A stretch of 64,000 nt of DNA from positions 1,166,153-1,230,152 of the forward strand of contig MU004231.1 of the NCBI GenBank assembly GCA_010405405.1, written 5' to 3'. The position numbers were made by a program, and so were the translations under genes. Below, in pieces: positions 1 through 13,567 of this stretch; within the stretch, counting starts at the first letter, position 1; each line of letters opens with the position of its first letter. The stretch comes from Microthyrium microscopicum. Lineage: Eukaryota. Under the pieces are notes generated by a model. It was not told the origin of the DNA and made no database searches. It saw only the letters and a list, made by a program, of their open reading frames with translations.

Positions 1-332
1 TGACAACTCAGTAATTCCGTATGCTCCGTCGGCCGCCCTATTGGCGAGTCTGATGCCAAATATAGGCTGGCACGAGCCGGTATCTGAGCGACTATGGCAG
101 TGAGTGCAGCCTGAGTGCTGGCGAGTGTCCCGGCAATGTATGTGGCCTTGCCAGTGTCGATTTTAAGAGTGGTGCAAACGTGCGGGTGGTTGAAAAGTCG
201 CTGGGCTTCCGCATAATCCAGGGAGACTCGGTGGAGAAGCCGGAAGCTGGAGTGGGTTGTGTCGCCGAGCGGAATTGGTGGTATAGGTCTATTGGATTGC
301 ATGCTGGGTGCTGTGTGTGGCGATACGGCCAT
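1..332 (-). CDS. Hypothetical protein, 5' part (runs off the window start)
   Basis: ATG at 332 opens a stop-free frame to the window edge (MAVSPHTAPSMQSNRPIPPIPLGDTTHSSFRLLHRVSLDYAEAQRLFNHP...). No recognisable domain. Confidence 0.4.
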   Translation of the reverse strand, partial: MAVSPHTAPSMQSNRPIPPIPLGDTTHSSFRLLHRVSLDYAEAQRLFNHPHVCTTLKIDTGKATYIAGTLASTQAALTAIVAQIPARASLYLASDSPIGRPTEHTELLSC

Positions 333-1705
333 TATTAGGAGATGTTTGGGGATCACGGTCCTGAGAATGCCATCAGAATGTGAAGAAGCAAGAGGTCTGC
401 AGGTTGAGGGGTCGAAAGAGGCCAAAAGCGGACGTGATTGGAGATGTCAGAAGTCGGTAGGCTGAAAGACTGCCCAAATACTTCTAGATAAAGCAGGGAA
501 GCTTTGAGTTTTTGAGGCTGTGGCGTGAATTGAAGATGAGATTTAAAGTTTCCTTCACTATGGAATAGATTGTATTTAGGTCGATAGGATCTGATGTTGT
601 GATTCTGCATGTCTCAATATAAGCCCTCTATTCTGCTATGTGATCGGATGGCTTAAACTTGAGGCTCAGCCCGCAGTCACGCCAAGTTCTTTACCTGCAA
701 GTCGATCCAAAATGGACATTAATCTTATGAGAAGATCGCCACAATCTTCAAATGGTCTTGGAAGTATCACATATCTCAAATCGAAAGCTGCCGAAGACAA
801 ATTAGTGTAAAAGCCACAGTCAACCGGGCCATCTTCCCCTTCTGAAGTATTTCACAACAAATACGAAGCTCCCAAAGCCTTTGTGTGGGAACAAAACGGA
901 CCTTCACCAATTAAAACTGCTGAGGTTTCTGTGTGATTATGCAGTAATATTGGCTTTTGGCTTGCGATTTGCTTTTTTGCAGCCATCAGGCTGAAGTCAT
1001 GCAGAACATTTCCAGTCAATAGTGCAACTTATACGTTGCCTTCTGAGCCGCGAATGTCTTGAATTAGATATCTTTACGGAATACAGAGCTAGAGCTGAGT
1101 TGTAGACTGCCATACATGATCTCAAAACATGAGTATGCGCAGGCCACAGCCCAAATACGGATACATGTTGCATGGCTTGTCGTTCCGCATCCGGCTTCAG
1201 AGAGGCCAGATTCAGAGGCTTTACAAGGATGATCCCGATCATCTAAATTTAGTGCAAGCTTACAAGCCAATCAGCTCTAGATCCTGCAATACCAGAAACG
1301 TGCGATTATATCTACTAGTAAACAGAACTCTCCAAATTGGCCTTTGAGTAAGGACTGAACAGAAAGCAAAATTTGGACCATAACTCAACTATAATCTTTC
1401 CAAGACTTTGTCAGTAGTAGTATCCGTATCTTACGGTAAACCCTACCTTATACAGCTATCCCTGCATCATGGCTTGCTAGGCAACGGTCATTGTATTAAG
1501 ACCAGGACGGGCATTTGGTCCAAGTTTGAGCGGCACAGTAGAATACAGATTAATTGCGCTCTCATGGGCGAGATCCTTCCATCTTCATAATTGACCATTG
1601 TTCGCGGCCATATTTTTTGTTTCTTCCTGCTTTCTATGCTTAATGCTTACTAGGTCTTTTTCTTGGGTTATCCGATGCTCTAACTTCAGGTTCACTCTAT
1701 TGATC

Positions 1706-3184
1706 ATGACATCCAGCAACCATATCTGGCTGATCATCTTGACCTATGCTACCTATCCTCCGGTCGTAAATGGAGTCCGACTTTCTATCTCTCGGGAGAT
1801 CATTAATTCGGTGAGCCCCTAGAAGCTCCTGGAAATTTGTCACAAAGCCAAACTTTGACAAGTCTTTGATCTTTACTCAGGCTTTCGATTCAAGAACCAC
1901 GAGCCAGAAGCAGCTTGGACTTTCCGATAAATACATAGGCGATGATATTCACAAGATCCCAGTCGAGGTACAACCATTCATTCCCTGAGGCATTCACATT
2001 TACTGTGACTGACGAACTGCTTCTAGGATGGAGGGATATTTGCTTATACTACCAACATGACAATTGGCAATCCGCCTCAAGTCCTGCGTGCTCTCATTGA
2101 CATAAACTGGAAGAGTATGGAGATTGGAGTCAAAATCTTCAATGAGCTAATTCCTTCGATTTAGGTTTGTTTGTTCCATCAGTGGAGTGTCAACATTCGC
2201 CTGACAGTTCCTCCCTATGTCGAGACTACGTCAGAAATTTCTTCAATGGAACAGCCTCCTCAACGCACCGTAGCTTCGGAGCGGCTAAGTTAGTTGGATA
2301 CGATGGCGCCTTGTTCAAAGGATTGAAGGCGAGCGACACGGTCAGAATTGGGCCGCACAATTTGGCCAACCAATACTTCCTAGAAGCCACAAGTGTCACG
2401 CCAAATGATTTTGTTAGCTTTTACTTCAACTACGATTCAGTTCTTGGTTTGGCCCCAGAACAAATTGCTCGAGATCGGGGTTCATCAACTTTTTCAAAGT
2501 CTCCAGAGCACAGGTCGCCATTCCAATCCCTCATTTCCGAAGGACGCCTTGAACGTCCGAGGTTTAGCATTCTCTTACCGAAACCACCACGTCTTCCTAC
2601 CCAAACAAGGACAGGTGGCTACCTGCTATTAGGGGAAGATGATCCAATTTACTTTAAAAGCAAGTTTCTCAGCATTCCAATCGATTCCGACTCCGTGGAT
2701 AAGGGATTGTGGAAATCGGCGGTTACTTCATACTCTTTCAATAGCAGCATACCAATCTTGTTTCCTGCGGGATCCATAATAAGTTTCGATACAACACTTC
2801 CCTTCATACATGTCTCAGAACAACTCGCACGAACGATCAAAAATGGCCTTCCGGCGGAGATCATACCGTGCGATCAGAGATCAGCTTTGCCTGTGCTGAA
2901 ATTCACAATTTCAAGTATCACACTGGAGTTGGACGGCTATGATTACATGATCGAGTGGTATAAAAATGGTGAAATCAAAGAACAATATTGTCGCTTAGCA
3001 GTTATAGGTCGATCTCAGGGGCCTAAAGATATCATGCTTGAGAGCATATTTTTTCAGAAGTATTACAGCGTTTTCGACCTCGAAAGTCTGGCTATAAACA
3101 GTAAGTTTCCGCCGATGAACCAAGCTCTTCACCCTAAACATCTAATTAGTTACTCCTCGATTGGAAGACGCGAATATTACATGA
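1706..3184 (+). CDS. Secreted pepsin-like (A1) aspartic peptidase homolog with degenerate catalytic motifs; 5 exons
   Basis: Signal-like N-terminus MTSSNHIWLIILTYA. Spliced exons give YTTNMTIGNPPQVLRALIDINWKSLFVPS, YDSVLGLA, FSILL, GGYLLLG, ISFDTTLPFI, IPCDQRSALPVLKFTI and FQKYYSVFDLE, all pepsin-fold landmarks. Introns approx. 1811-1880, 1968-2026, 2115-2164, 3101-3149. Confidence 0.85.
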
Positions 3185-3530
3185 GAATGATCTGCTGTGT
3201 TCCAGGACGGCGATGGCCAGTAGGCATAGACCGGCGCCTATGGCTATACCTGCGATAGCACCACCGCTGAGGCCGGATCTCTTGGGCGAGCTACTGGTTA
3301 ATTGGTTCAAAGTGTTGGAGGTGCTACCAGACGCGCTGCTTGATGCGGTGGTTGAATATATTCCGACCCAGATCCGGGTAGCCGATGCGGACGTGAAAGC
3401 TAAAGCTGAGCGTCAGTGAAAACTGCTGACAAATGGTAGTGAACTTACAACTTATCGGAGTCGCGGAGCAGGCAGATGGCGGAACGTAAATGGTAGTTGT
3501 GCCGACGCTTTGTAGGCTGTCAGCATGCAT
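3146..3530 (-). pseudogene. Fragment of a Ser/Thr-rich single-pass membrane protein (Mid2-like TM motif), probably truncated
   Basis: Spliced reading ...PPSACSATPIS|SFTSASATRIWVGIYSTTASSSASGSTSNTLNQLTSSSPKRSGLSGGAIAGIAIGAGLCLLAIAVLEH. The GLSGGAIAGIAIG motif is typical of such proteins. The frame then runs into the 3' end of the protease gene; the 5' end is unresolved. Confidence 0.45.
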
Positions 3531-5967
3531 TTCTTGGAGTGGCCATCTCCCATATAACAGGTAGATCTAACCTCGAGCATGCTTGGGTTCCAATCTCTGA
3601 AGCATCTATAAAAGAAGATAATGTAAAGCAAGAAGCGGTTTGTCAAAATGGATGTGCATACAGAATTCATCAGTGACTGAACATAACGCTCGAACGCAAC
3701 AAGTCAATGCTTTGGTGTAGGACTGCGATTTACATTGACAGAGGTAATCTGTGGATGAGCATCCAGAGCTTAAGAGCAAGTTGTCTATACATGATTGCTA
3801 AAACAAATCAGCCACTGTTACAATACGGAGTATGCTGGTGATAGAAAGCGCTGTGATCATCGAACAAGACATCTGCAAGAAACATACCTGGCATGTAGGA
3901 GTCGTAATAATTTGTTCACGTATTGGAACTGCGAGAGACAGTATGAGTGAGATTACTCTGACGTTTCTCCTGTACATCTCCGAAAAAAGCTTTCCAATAC
4001 TCGACTTCCTTGGCTTCGTAGTGTTAAATAAGGAAGGAAGCTATACATAATTTCCAAAGGAAGATCTGCTAGCTGTCCTTAAGGTTTTTACAATTCATCA
4101 TTCAAGCTGGGTAAAAGAACATCATTCTGCCATATTGCTCTTTTGGTGGGCCAGAATGTGCTATATCTAGCTAGAGCAGTGTATCTCAACGGAACTCTAC
4201 GCCTTACAACAGCAGGATAAGAGGTAGATGACTACGCCACTGCATTAGCGGTGTTTGTATCGAGAAGTCTCTATGCAGGAGAGGAAGAACTGCTATGATT
4301 GCGGCATTGTCTCGTATTTTCCTAAACTCATTAGGCGCACTCCGAAGTCTGCTGGTTGCTTTTTGACCCGTAGCCGAAATGGCATGATAGGGGATCTGGA
4401 CTTCGATCATTCTAACGACTGAGGGTGTTCTGCTCCGGCACAACTGTTCATTGATTGGCAGACTGAGCGATTTATATACCGATTCGAATTTCTACCACTT
4501 CTGTTTGCAGCTCTTGTAGATGAACTGGATTTCCTCTTTGCCTTGGATGTCGCGTTAGCGATACCTACGTCCTTCGTAAGGAAAAGAAAATAGCGTGATC
4601 GACTGTTTGGCTCAAGGTAGAGGAAGCGGTACCTCATTTTCAGACCATCCGCCCTTGACAACTCATAAGCGCTATTCACACCATACGCCTCGTGAGACTA
4701 AACAAGTTCAAGCGTACACATGAAGTAGCAATAAAGTCAGGATTTTCCGGAAGTCACAAAGGGCAACCACGGAAAGAGCTCCACGGGCCATGGAGCTGGT
4801 TCCTTCCGCACATTCCTCAGGGCATGGCCGGACATGGGTCCCACGACATCTGTCGAAAACGTGAGCTGGATATCTAACTTCATACCATCCGCAACTTCAT
4901 CTCTTGGACACTTCATGCCTTCTCCAGAGTTTATTTCATCAACTCAATGCTCCTTATGTTGCCTCGTGGACACAGCCGAGGTGAGGATGGTGCTTAGGTT
5001 ATCCAAGTCACACAATCAACCTTGCGTTGCGGGACTTGCGTTGCTTCGCTTAGTATCGCGGTACAGAGCGTGCGCAAGAACGGCATGTCTATTTCGATGA
5101 ACTACTAGTCTGTGCGTGTGCAATGTGCCATAGTCGGATATCAATCCAGCGCTGGTATTGCGCGACTAGAGAACCCTTCAAATTGTGTGAGCGCACAGAG
5201 AGAATTGTTTGTTGTTGCGTACAGTTTTCCAAGGCGTCATCGGATGTCTATACTGAATGTTGTACTACCAGTCCTAGGATAATTAGTAAAGAGCATGGAA
5301 AATCAGACACGTTTGTGCAAAACTGGACATTTCCAGAGCGCGGTAAAGTATTAACAAATCAGTAAAAACATTATTATATACATATTGAACATCAATGGCA
5401 AGTGGAACATATTCCCAAGGATCGGGAACTTGACAACTGATCACACGGAGCAACATCTCTGGACGGAACGGACAACAGGAAGAGGCGAAAGACTGTTTTT
5501 GAAGAGTTTTGAAAGAGACGGATATCAGTAGAGGAACTATGCAATACATTGAGTATCATGGGTATATTGACAGGCAACAAACAGCTGAAGCTGCCGACTC
5601 TTGTCTATGAAGCTTGTATGCATAATGAAACAGAAACCAGTGCCTAGTTCGGCATCCTCCACCACGTTCTCCAACCCGCCTACATGATCATCAGTAAGGT
5701 ACGAGACCTTACGCCGTTCGTCATTCCAGCAGCCTGAGTAGGTATGAGTGGCCTGTTGGACAAAGAGTGAAAAGTTGAAAGCTAAAAGCCCGCTGGGCCT
5801 GTTTCCAGAAAGATAGCCGAGTCGTCAAAGCAGCAGTGTAATTTCGCTGGAGCTGCCTGAGTCCGAAAGAAGGTGCCAAAGGTGGCATACGAACAATGCG
5901 AGTTTTAAATGCGAGCAAGAATGAACAAGAAACCAACTGGACGAGCAAGTAGTGTAACTTCTCTTGC

Positions 5968-6687
5968 CTACGAGATGGACCAGGTGACTCCGTGAACACG
6001 GCCATCTCCCGTGGGGAAGACAGTTGGGAACCAGCCTTGGCTAAGATCGATGGATCCGGCAGCGCAACCCTCACAGGTGTCGTAGACTGTGCCTTGGAAT
6101 GAGTTACCACCGTAGGTGATAGTAATGGTCTTGCCGCAGAGAGGGTTGGCATTGGGGTTGGCACCATTGGCCATGTCTGGGATGGACAGAGCGACGACGG
6201 GGTCGTTGTTGCCGGCTTGAGTACCGCATGAGCCTTTGGCTGGGCTAACATCGTAGTATGTAGCATCACCAGTTCCGCTCTTGATAGCGGCACCGCCGGC
6301 GGCGGGCGCGGCGGCAGCTGGAGCTGGAGCAGCTTTGGGAGTAACTGGAGCTACGACTGCTGGAGCGGATGAAACAGCTGGTGGTGGAATGGATGGTGCT
6401 GCAACAGATGTAGGGGGTGGCGCGATTGAAGTTGGGATCACGACTGAGGAGGTGACTGCTGGAGCCGACGAAGATGGTACAGACGAGCTGGAGACAGAGA
6501 CGGAGACTGAAGAAGTCTTGGATGCCTTCTCGGCAAAGTTGGCAGCAGTTGGGCCATCGACGAAGAAAGTGGTGGTGGTCCAGACGGTTTCAACGACGAT
6601 CTCGGTAAAAACATCGCGCTTTTGGTTGGCCATAGGGATCGCGGCAGCCAGGCCGGAGAGCAAGAGTACGGATGCGAAAGACTTCAT
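5968..6687 (-). CDS. Secreted Asp f 7-like / RlpA-like double-psi beta-barrel (loosenin/expansin-like) protein
   Basis: Signal peptide, KR processing site, Ser/Pro/Ala-rich linker, and C-terminal GDATYY...GSCG...VVAL...NPNANPLCGKTITI...VYDTCEGC...SIDLS...F. Confidence 0.92.
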   Translation of the reverse strand: MKSFASVLLLSGLAAAIPMANQKRDVFTEIVVETVWTTTTFFVDGPTAANFAEKASKTSSVSVSVSSSSVPSSSAPAVTSSVVIPTSIAPPPTSVAAPSIPPPAVSSAPAVVAPVTPKAAPAPAAAAPAAGGAAIKSGTGDATYYDVSPAKGSCGTQAGNNDPVVALSIPDMANGANPNANPLCGKTITITYGGNSFQGTVYDTCEGCAAGSIDLSQGWFPTVFPTGDGRVHGVTWSIS

Positions 6688-9600
6688 GGTGAAGAGTTCA
6701 AGTGGTATTTTTGGGAACTTTTGAGAATGTTCTTGGTGCCTGGAAAAGGAATTGGACGAAACGAATTGGCTAGCAACTCAGTTTCAATAACAGCTATTTG
6801 GAGTTGGAGTTTAAAGAGTGTGGAAGATTGAGTCTATAAAGACTGAAAAGAGAGTGACGGGGAAAGGAAGGACAGGACGCAAGGTGGATTTCTTGCTTGA
6901 ACGAGCGACAGCAGCAGTTAAAAGAGAGTGGTGAAAAGGAGGAAGAAAGGAGTGAGAATGTAGACAGCGCTAAAATCGAAGTAACTCTTCTGTTGTCGGG
7001 GGGCTATTGTTGGTTGTGGAAGTTGAGGAAGGCGTTGTGTTGGTGGCCCCTGCCGTTTTTAGCAGCGAGGCAGCCACCACTGACAATCCAAGCCTTGGGG
7101 GAAGGTGCGAACCACTTGTAAGTTGTGTACAGGCTGGGCAGGAACCACCCACCGACACCAATTTCGCAATTTCGCAATTCCGCATCAATTGCTTGCTCCA
7201 TCGTGCTCTCTAAGCCCTGACTTGTCTAGACTTTCTTGGTGGTCCTGTTGGCATTTGGCAATTGACATTTGCTGCGCCTCTGTATCTACCCGTCAGGGGT
7301 ACTTGTTACTGGTACAAGTTGCAACCCGATTTGCGTTGGCAGCTACTCTGGCTACATGCATTACTTAACAATTCATCTTCTGCACCCTCAACAACACCAT
7401 CGCCGGCGACTTTGTAGCCATCCTGCATTAGAATCCAACAGTATGAGGCTCTCGGAGCCGTGTTGATGTGACGTGCCGCTCTAAAGCCAACTCATCTTGT
7501 CTTCCCCTAGGGGCCGCACAGGCAGCCAATGCTGTGGAGGCTCGTCAACGCCAGCGCCAGGGCGGCGCGACGCCTCAGATTCAAAATGAACATCTTCCAG
7601 CTGCTCACCCAATCGTCTGTGGCGAGTCTGGCCTGCTCTTCTTTTTCAGGCTTGTCTGCTTTCCTCTTCGGGACTCTGCTATGCTCTCTTCCGCTGCCAC
7701 GCAATTTGCTTAAGCACAACCTTGGCGATTCTTTTTGCCTATATTGCCCCATGAGGAGATCATCATCTGCTTTTAGGTTTGTATGGCCGTCAACTCTCTT
7801 CATTGTCTCAGGGACTTCATCACGATATGAGCCTTCTAACTTCGTCCTGCGTGGGCTGATGAATGAATGGCCTGGTTTTATTTGATATTCAATTTCCTCT
7901 CAAATCTGATCATCTTCAATATTCTCCGAGCACCCTCCAACAAATCAAGTCGCGAACGGAACCGACAAATTGCCTAAGAGAACTAAACTCATCTCAGTAC
8001 CAAGAATCAGCTTGTACACCTTCGGGACTTCCTTTCTAACCAGAAACCGAATGCTAAAATTGGTCACGGAATACTCTTGTTACTGTGGTGCAAAAGAAGG
8101 GTCTGAAATACAAGCTGAGTGTCGTTATCGGCTGCTTCGCCTTACCCATCCCCCTTGTGCACAATTCCAAAGCTCAGCCTAGAAACTTCGATTCTCAATC
8201 CGAAGTACGTAACGGAAATTTAACATCTTAGCATCCAAACCCCACCGGCCGCCGTTGCTTCAGTCTGTGGATTTCAGCAAACTTCGGGGAATTACGATTG
8301 GGGGCTACGAAGAGCACGATTCAAAATGCTTTCCCCTTTAGACTTTTCCAGGAACAGCTCTCCAGTGTGCATGTCAGGGACAGGCATCAAATGCAGGCAC
8401 CAACTGCAGCTAGCGGGTTTCATTGGCTCCACGTTTATAAGCAGCCGTGGGCACGTTTTGATGATCCCTTGAACTTGATTCGTTTGCGGTCCTGATTTTC
8501 TTCGTTCCTGAACGGCCCTGGCCGTGCGGCTGTTTCGAAACATCCAGCATTAACCAACATCAAGTCAGCTCAAATATAACCGCTGGAGATCAGTGGCAGA
8601 GATAACTTATGCGATTGTTGAGCTTTCAGCTAAAAACAGCGCAGTTGGTGTGCTTCTTGCAGTGCGTCCTGTACAATTTTTCACAAATGTTAAGTGTTGT
8701 AACACAACGCTCGTTGGCATTGTGGCCTGGCGCATAACCCCGAAATGGACAGCGCATCAAGTCATAAGCAAATCCGACATCGATCGCCAATCGTACTTTA
8801 CAGGTAAATGCTTGGACAAATTAACATTTTCGAAGTTCCAACGACTCATACCCCAAAAGAACAAGTTTGTCTTTGTTCTGTGCTCACCGCAACTACGGAT
8901 ACTAACATACAAAACAAGAATTCAATTTGCTCTCATGCCTGGCCGTCTCAGGTCCTGCTTGATGCAGCACGCCGCCTTGAAGCGCTTCAAAGTTGTTTCT
9001 GCGAAGGCAAGGAGGCACATATCGATGCGAACGTTCTTGAGTGTCCAATCCCCTTGGAAGCTTGAGATTAGCAAAAGTCTATTGTCCATCTCGTGCCGCG
9101 CGTCCAAGTTTTCTGGATATTGATATCTTCGCTCATTATTGACCGCTGATTACACACTTATTTCCTACAAAGACGAGCGAGGAGACGTGCTGTTCCATGT
9201 CCTGGAATCTAGATTGTTTCTCATTGGATTATCATGTGCATTAGTTTGTCGATCTTTCAAACTGTGGACTTATATCCACATCTCGAAAACCTTGCTTCTC
9301 CAATTTTCCAACCTCGTTTGCCTCTTCGACTCTTTCCGGCTCTCTCCGATAATTTTGAAAATTTGCGCAATTCATGATGTCAACTACAAGGTACCTTCTT
9401 CGTTGTAGTTGAGTTACGCACAAACGATATGGATGCTACGTTCCAAGCGCGATTACAATTTACTACTCAACGGGTGATTCAATAAGGCGAAAAGCATTTG
9501 TGCTTTCACTTCCTAAAGAAACCAATCAATAAGGCACCCAACTTCTTGGAAATGATACCATAGAACTGGGAAGTCGTCGATCCCTTGCATGATGCAGACC

Positions 9601-11178
9601 TTGGACAAACGCCGTGGTTGGCAGTTCAATCTCTCGCCTTATTCTCTCGATCTGGACACAACATGAAGTGCCAACTCTCTTAACCGCCCAAAATAACTTG
9701 GAAGTAAACACACCGCCAAATTCACTGACCAGAGACTATCGAAAGCATTATTTCCGCTCAGCGCATTTTCAACACGATTAAAGGCCCTTGTATCACAGTA
9801 CCTGGTCTCGCGCATGAGCATACAGAACTCTGCTCATCAACTTGACTTCACCTCCTGCTGTGTCTTCAACGTCTTTACAGACTCCACCAACTTAGGTAGC
9901 TCGCAACTAATGCGCGGCCGTTACACCCGGCAACAGAACCCGTACATCCTCTGCATTCTTAGCTGCCAAAAGAAAAAGAACTACATCTCACCAAACGTGC
10001 TGTCGCATTCATCCCAAAGAGGCAAGTTTAAGGCAGTCTACAAAGTACATGTCCAAGATATCTTAGGTACCGCCAAACCTCTTTTCACAAACCTGGCTTT
10101 TTCCAACCTAATGCCGAGCAACTGTCTGGAACAACACTTCTTGAGCTTACCATTCGCTACTACACTGTCTCTCCTGCATGCACACTGCATCCTCGTGGCA
10201 GCGAAAGGTCCAGTTACTTGCGTTCTGGATGCAAAACGTTTGCCTTGCCTACGTCAAGATCTCTAGTAATTCATCGCTGGCTCGGAGGGACCCGCCGAGA
10301 AAAGTCTCTGATAGACGGCGTGTTTCAGAGACTTCAGAGGGAGACGGGTATATTGGGAAGTAGCTGATGGGTATGCTTAACTTGGAGAGAGTTGAGGATT
10401 GCGATTGCGAGTTGTTTGAGTGGTTGATTGGGGATTGAAGACTGTTTGGGATTGGGGATGCTCTTTTGGGGCTGTGTTGTGAGATATCAGTCTTGGATTT
10501 GGCATAAGTTGCTGATATCGGACTTTCCACTTTGGCTTCTAGATTGGTAAGTCACGCTGTGTTCTAATGCCTTGCTTATGCTCTTCTGTGACTTCTTTCC
10601 AAGATATGGCATTTGATCTCTTCGATTTCCGATCAGCTGTTGATTCGCTGATATACAACATTAGATGGTTGACGGATCTCGTGTTCCTATATTCTCAAGA
10701 CCTGGCAGTTATGATGATGAAGAACATGAGTAGATTTGAATCAATTTCTTGAACACATTAACACAACTACGGGGCTGCCTTCGCATATACAAGACGGGCT
10801 CTGAGACCATTTGTATCCAATATTTGGAAAGTCACACGTCTTAGAACAAGATACTGACAATATCAAAACTTCAGACTAGTGGAAATGAAGATACAAGTCC
10901 ATTGGGCAAAGGATCCGGACTTTCGTCTACGATCTCAATAACGATGTCGAGCCGAAGAGCAAGTATCGTGAACACAATATGAGATTGGCTCTCTGTGCAT
11001 TGGGCCAAGGCTTCAAGTTGAACCACGGTCAAGATTTTTGGTAGAGTACCAATCTCTCCAGGTGCCCAACATTAAAAAGAAGGAACATCTTTGGTAGAAC
11101 TCTCAGAGTCCTCCCCATCTTTATTTCAAACATTAAGAAGTGACAAGAATCATCACCACAAAATCAATACAGCTCGCG

Positions 11179-11662
11179 ATGGCATCTGAAGCTCCCGCTG
11201 TCACTTACTGGAACCACCAAGTTCACCTACGCGGCCCTGCCATATATCTAGCAGCATACAGGCTCAGACTTCAGTTACCAGGCGAAATGAAGGATCCTGA
11301 TTTCCGAAGCAAGCTAGAGTAAGTCAAGCAAAACCTATGAGTTGTTCACAGCTAATATGTACAGATATCCTCTTCGACGACTAATTCGCTGTGGACTGGA
11401 CACACCAGACAACTTTGAGATTCTATTTGGATCAGATTGGAAATGTGTGTTACGCACTCATGGAAGACTCCGGATTGGACTGCTCATCAAAGAGGCTTCG
11501 TCTGCTGGATCGGTCGGTGGGTTTGAAACCCATGTTAGGGACGAGAACTTCTTAGAGTGCCGATCGAGAACTATGAGGCCTGCAACGCAACATGAACTTG
11601 GTATTATGGACTACCTTGAACAGAATCCTTTCAATCCGCCGATGTGCCGCCTGCATCAGTGA
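11179..11662 (+). CDS. Small hypothetical protein (~145 aa), 2 exons
   Basis: Two adjacent ORFs join in frame through a 46-nt intron 11319-11364 (GTAAGT...GCTAAT...CAG). No known domain recognised. Confidence 0.6.
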
Positions 11663-12237
11663 CTGGGAGGGTTGGAAGCCGACGTTCAGATAGCCTAGGG
11701 GGGAAGCAGGGAACCGCATTGTATTTTTATGTTTTCAAAAGGCACTAGATAGAACGTCTTCAATTCAAGAATCGCCAGAAAGTTCAACTGCGAATTATAC
11801 TTCCTCTTGAGGTACAGCAATTCAAGAGGATATTCAGCGACTGGTACTTGGATTCCAATATCCAAGACGTAAACACAAGGGCCTGATTAGATCATCTCTT
11901 TGGTTGATTTGATTTGAAGTTTAGTCATTGCCGATTTTGGACGTATGACATACTAAGATGGGCTAGATACCCAGCACGGAAGTCACTGGGTGACATTTCA
12001 CCTTAGTTACAGCAAGTGAAGATTCAAAAAGAAATGAAGTATCGGTGCCTACAAACATATTTCTGTCCTTGCGTTCTTCCATATCTCTTCAATCGTAATA
12101 TCACAGCTTTGATCCTCTGAAATTACAGCATTCGCGTCCTACAGACTTTTCAACAACCAAGTTCCTATACATCAAGCAGCCTCAGCAAGCCCAAATCTTC
12201 AACCACTTCTCAACTCAAATTCCTTCTCTCTGGCACA

Positions 12238-12714
12238 ATGGAGCTCCTCCGCTTCCTATTCGCCCTCCTCGCCACAATGAGCATGAGCATGACCATGGCA
12301 CTACCTACCTCCGACCTCGTAGCCCGCAATGTTACCGCAACTGCCGGCTACTATCCAACCTGCAACAACGAGAAAATCAGCACAGTGGACGCCGAAAAGG
12401 CGTTTGAAGCCATCCCAGATGACCAAGACTGCGTTGTAAGTGCTCACAAGCTACCTGCTTCACGGTTTTTGAGACGACTAACCAGCTAGCAGGTTGGTCC
12501 CGATGGTGGTCACTTCGCCCATAAGGGCGATGTCTACATCACTGGACGCGCCTGGAACGATGGCTCAACGGGAAACATCGACCGCGTCTCCTGCGAGTTG
12601 GTCAAGCAGGCGGCTTTGACAACCATCATGGGTTGCGGTGAGAAGGGCGGATCGCGTGGATCGACTGGTGGCCATGCTGATATTGTTGTACATGTTGGCA
12701 GTCACTTTGTTTGA
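12238..12714 (+). CDS. Small secreted protein with 4 Cys (139 aa), candidate effector, possibly KP4-like fold
   Basis: Signal peptide and LVAR propeptide. Intron 12436-12492 (GTAAGT...CTAAC...CAG). Exon 2 reads VGPDGGHFAHKGDVYITGRAWNDGSTGNIDRVSCELVKQAALTTIMGCGEKGGSRGSTGGHADIVVHVGSHFV*. Confidence 0.85.
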
Positions 12715-13567
12715 GAGGAGAGGAGAGCCTAGGTAGATCCAAGGTAGCATGAGACGGCTGGATCTTTACCAAAGGTTTCTGACATTGATGCTAAGTGGCG
12801 GTATTAATCAATATAAGATTCCATACCCAAGTATTTCTTCCATCTTTGTTTCTAACTATTTTTCATATAAGGCGAAATGAGGACGTAGAGTAGCGTGAAA
12901 ATATTGGCAGATGTGACACTGACCAAGAGGTCGGATAGAGCATTCAGCTTTCGATAATCTCTTTATTTAATTTGAAGTTGATGTGTTGTGGAATTGTTAC
13001 TCTTGAATCTGAATGGCGGCTGTAAATAGCCTGGTATAACTGCTCAGGCGGATATGCGCGGAATCTGTCTTGGGTGTCGCCTATCCAGCAGGCCAAATTG
13101 TCATGACTGGTGACCCAGAAAAGGGGGTTTAGAACAGCCGAGGTGGAAGCTTATAGAGAAAGACGCACCCAGCGACCTGCATAGTAATATGTTGCACCAC
13201 CTTCTGAAATAAGCAAAAAATTGATTCGGCTGGGAAACGATAACGTGGCGACCTCTAGGCAACACATTAATATCACATGTAGCAAAGCATCGAGCTCAAC
13301 CAAGCCATAGTAATCAGCGTGACCAAGAACAGCGACTCTTGATCACCTAACATTGAAAATTCACCGACGCAATTACCATTAACACCCAAAGACAAAGTCC
13401 GCGAAGCATATAACTCGAATACGCCGGACTGACCTCTTGACCTCCTCTGCTCCCAAAAAAACTCAAACACAACCTTCCTCCACAGTCAAGTTCTTCGGCA
13501 AACGCGAAACAAATCCGACCCTTCCACGCAACGAATAAATCGAATCAAAATCCCCAAGTCACAAGCA

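Noticed and set aside
5721..6724. ORFs 5721-6293 (-) and 6281-6724 (+)
   Set aside because: Alternate-frame and antisense shadows of the RlpA-like gene.
8593..10530. Possible gene from scattered ORFs on both strands
   Set aside because: No consistent exon chain or recognisable motif. The TAG at 10249 has no supporting conservation.
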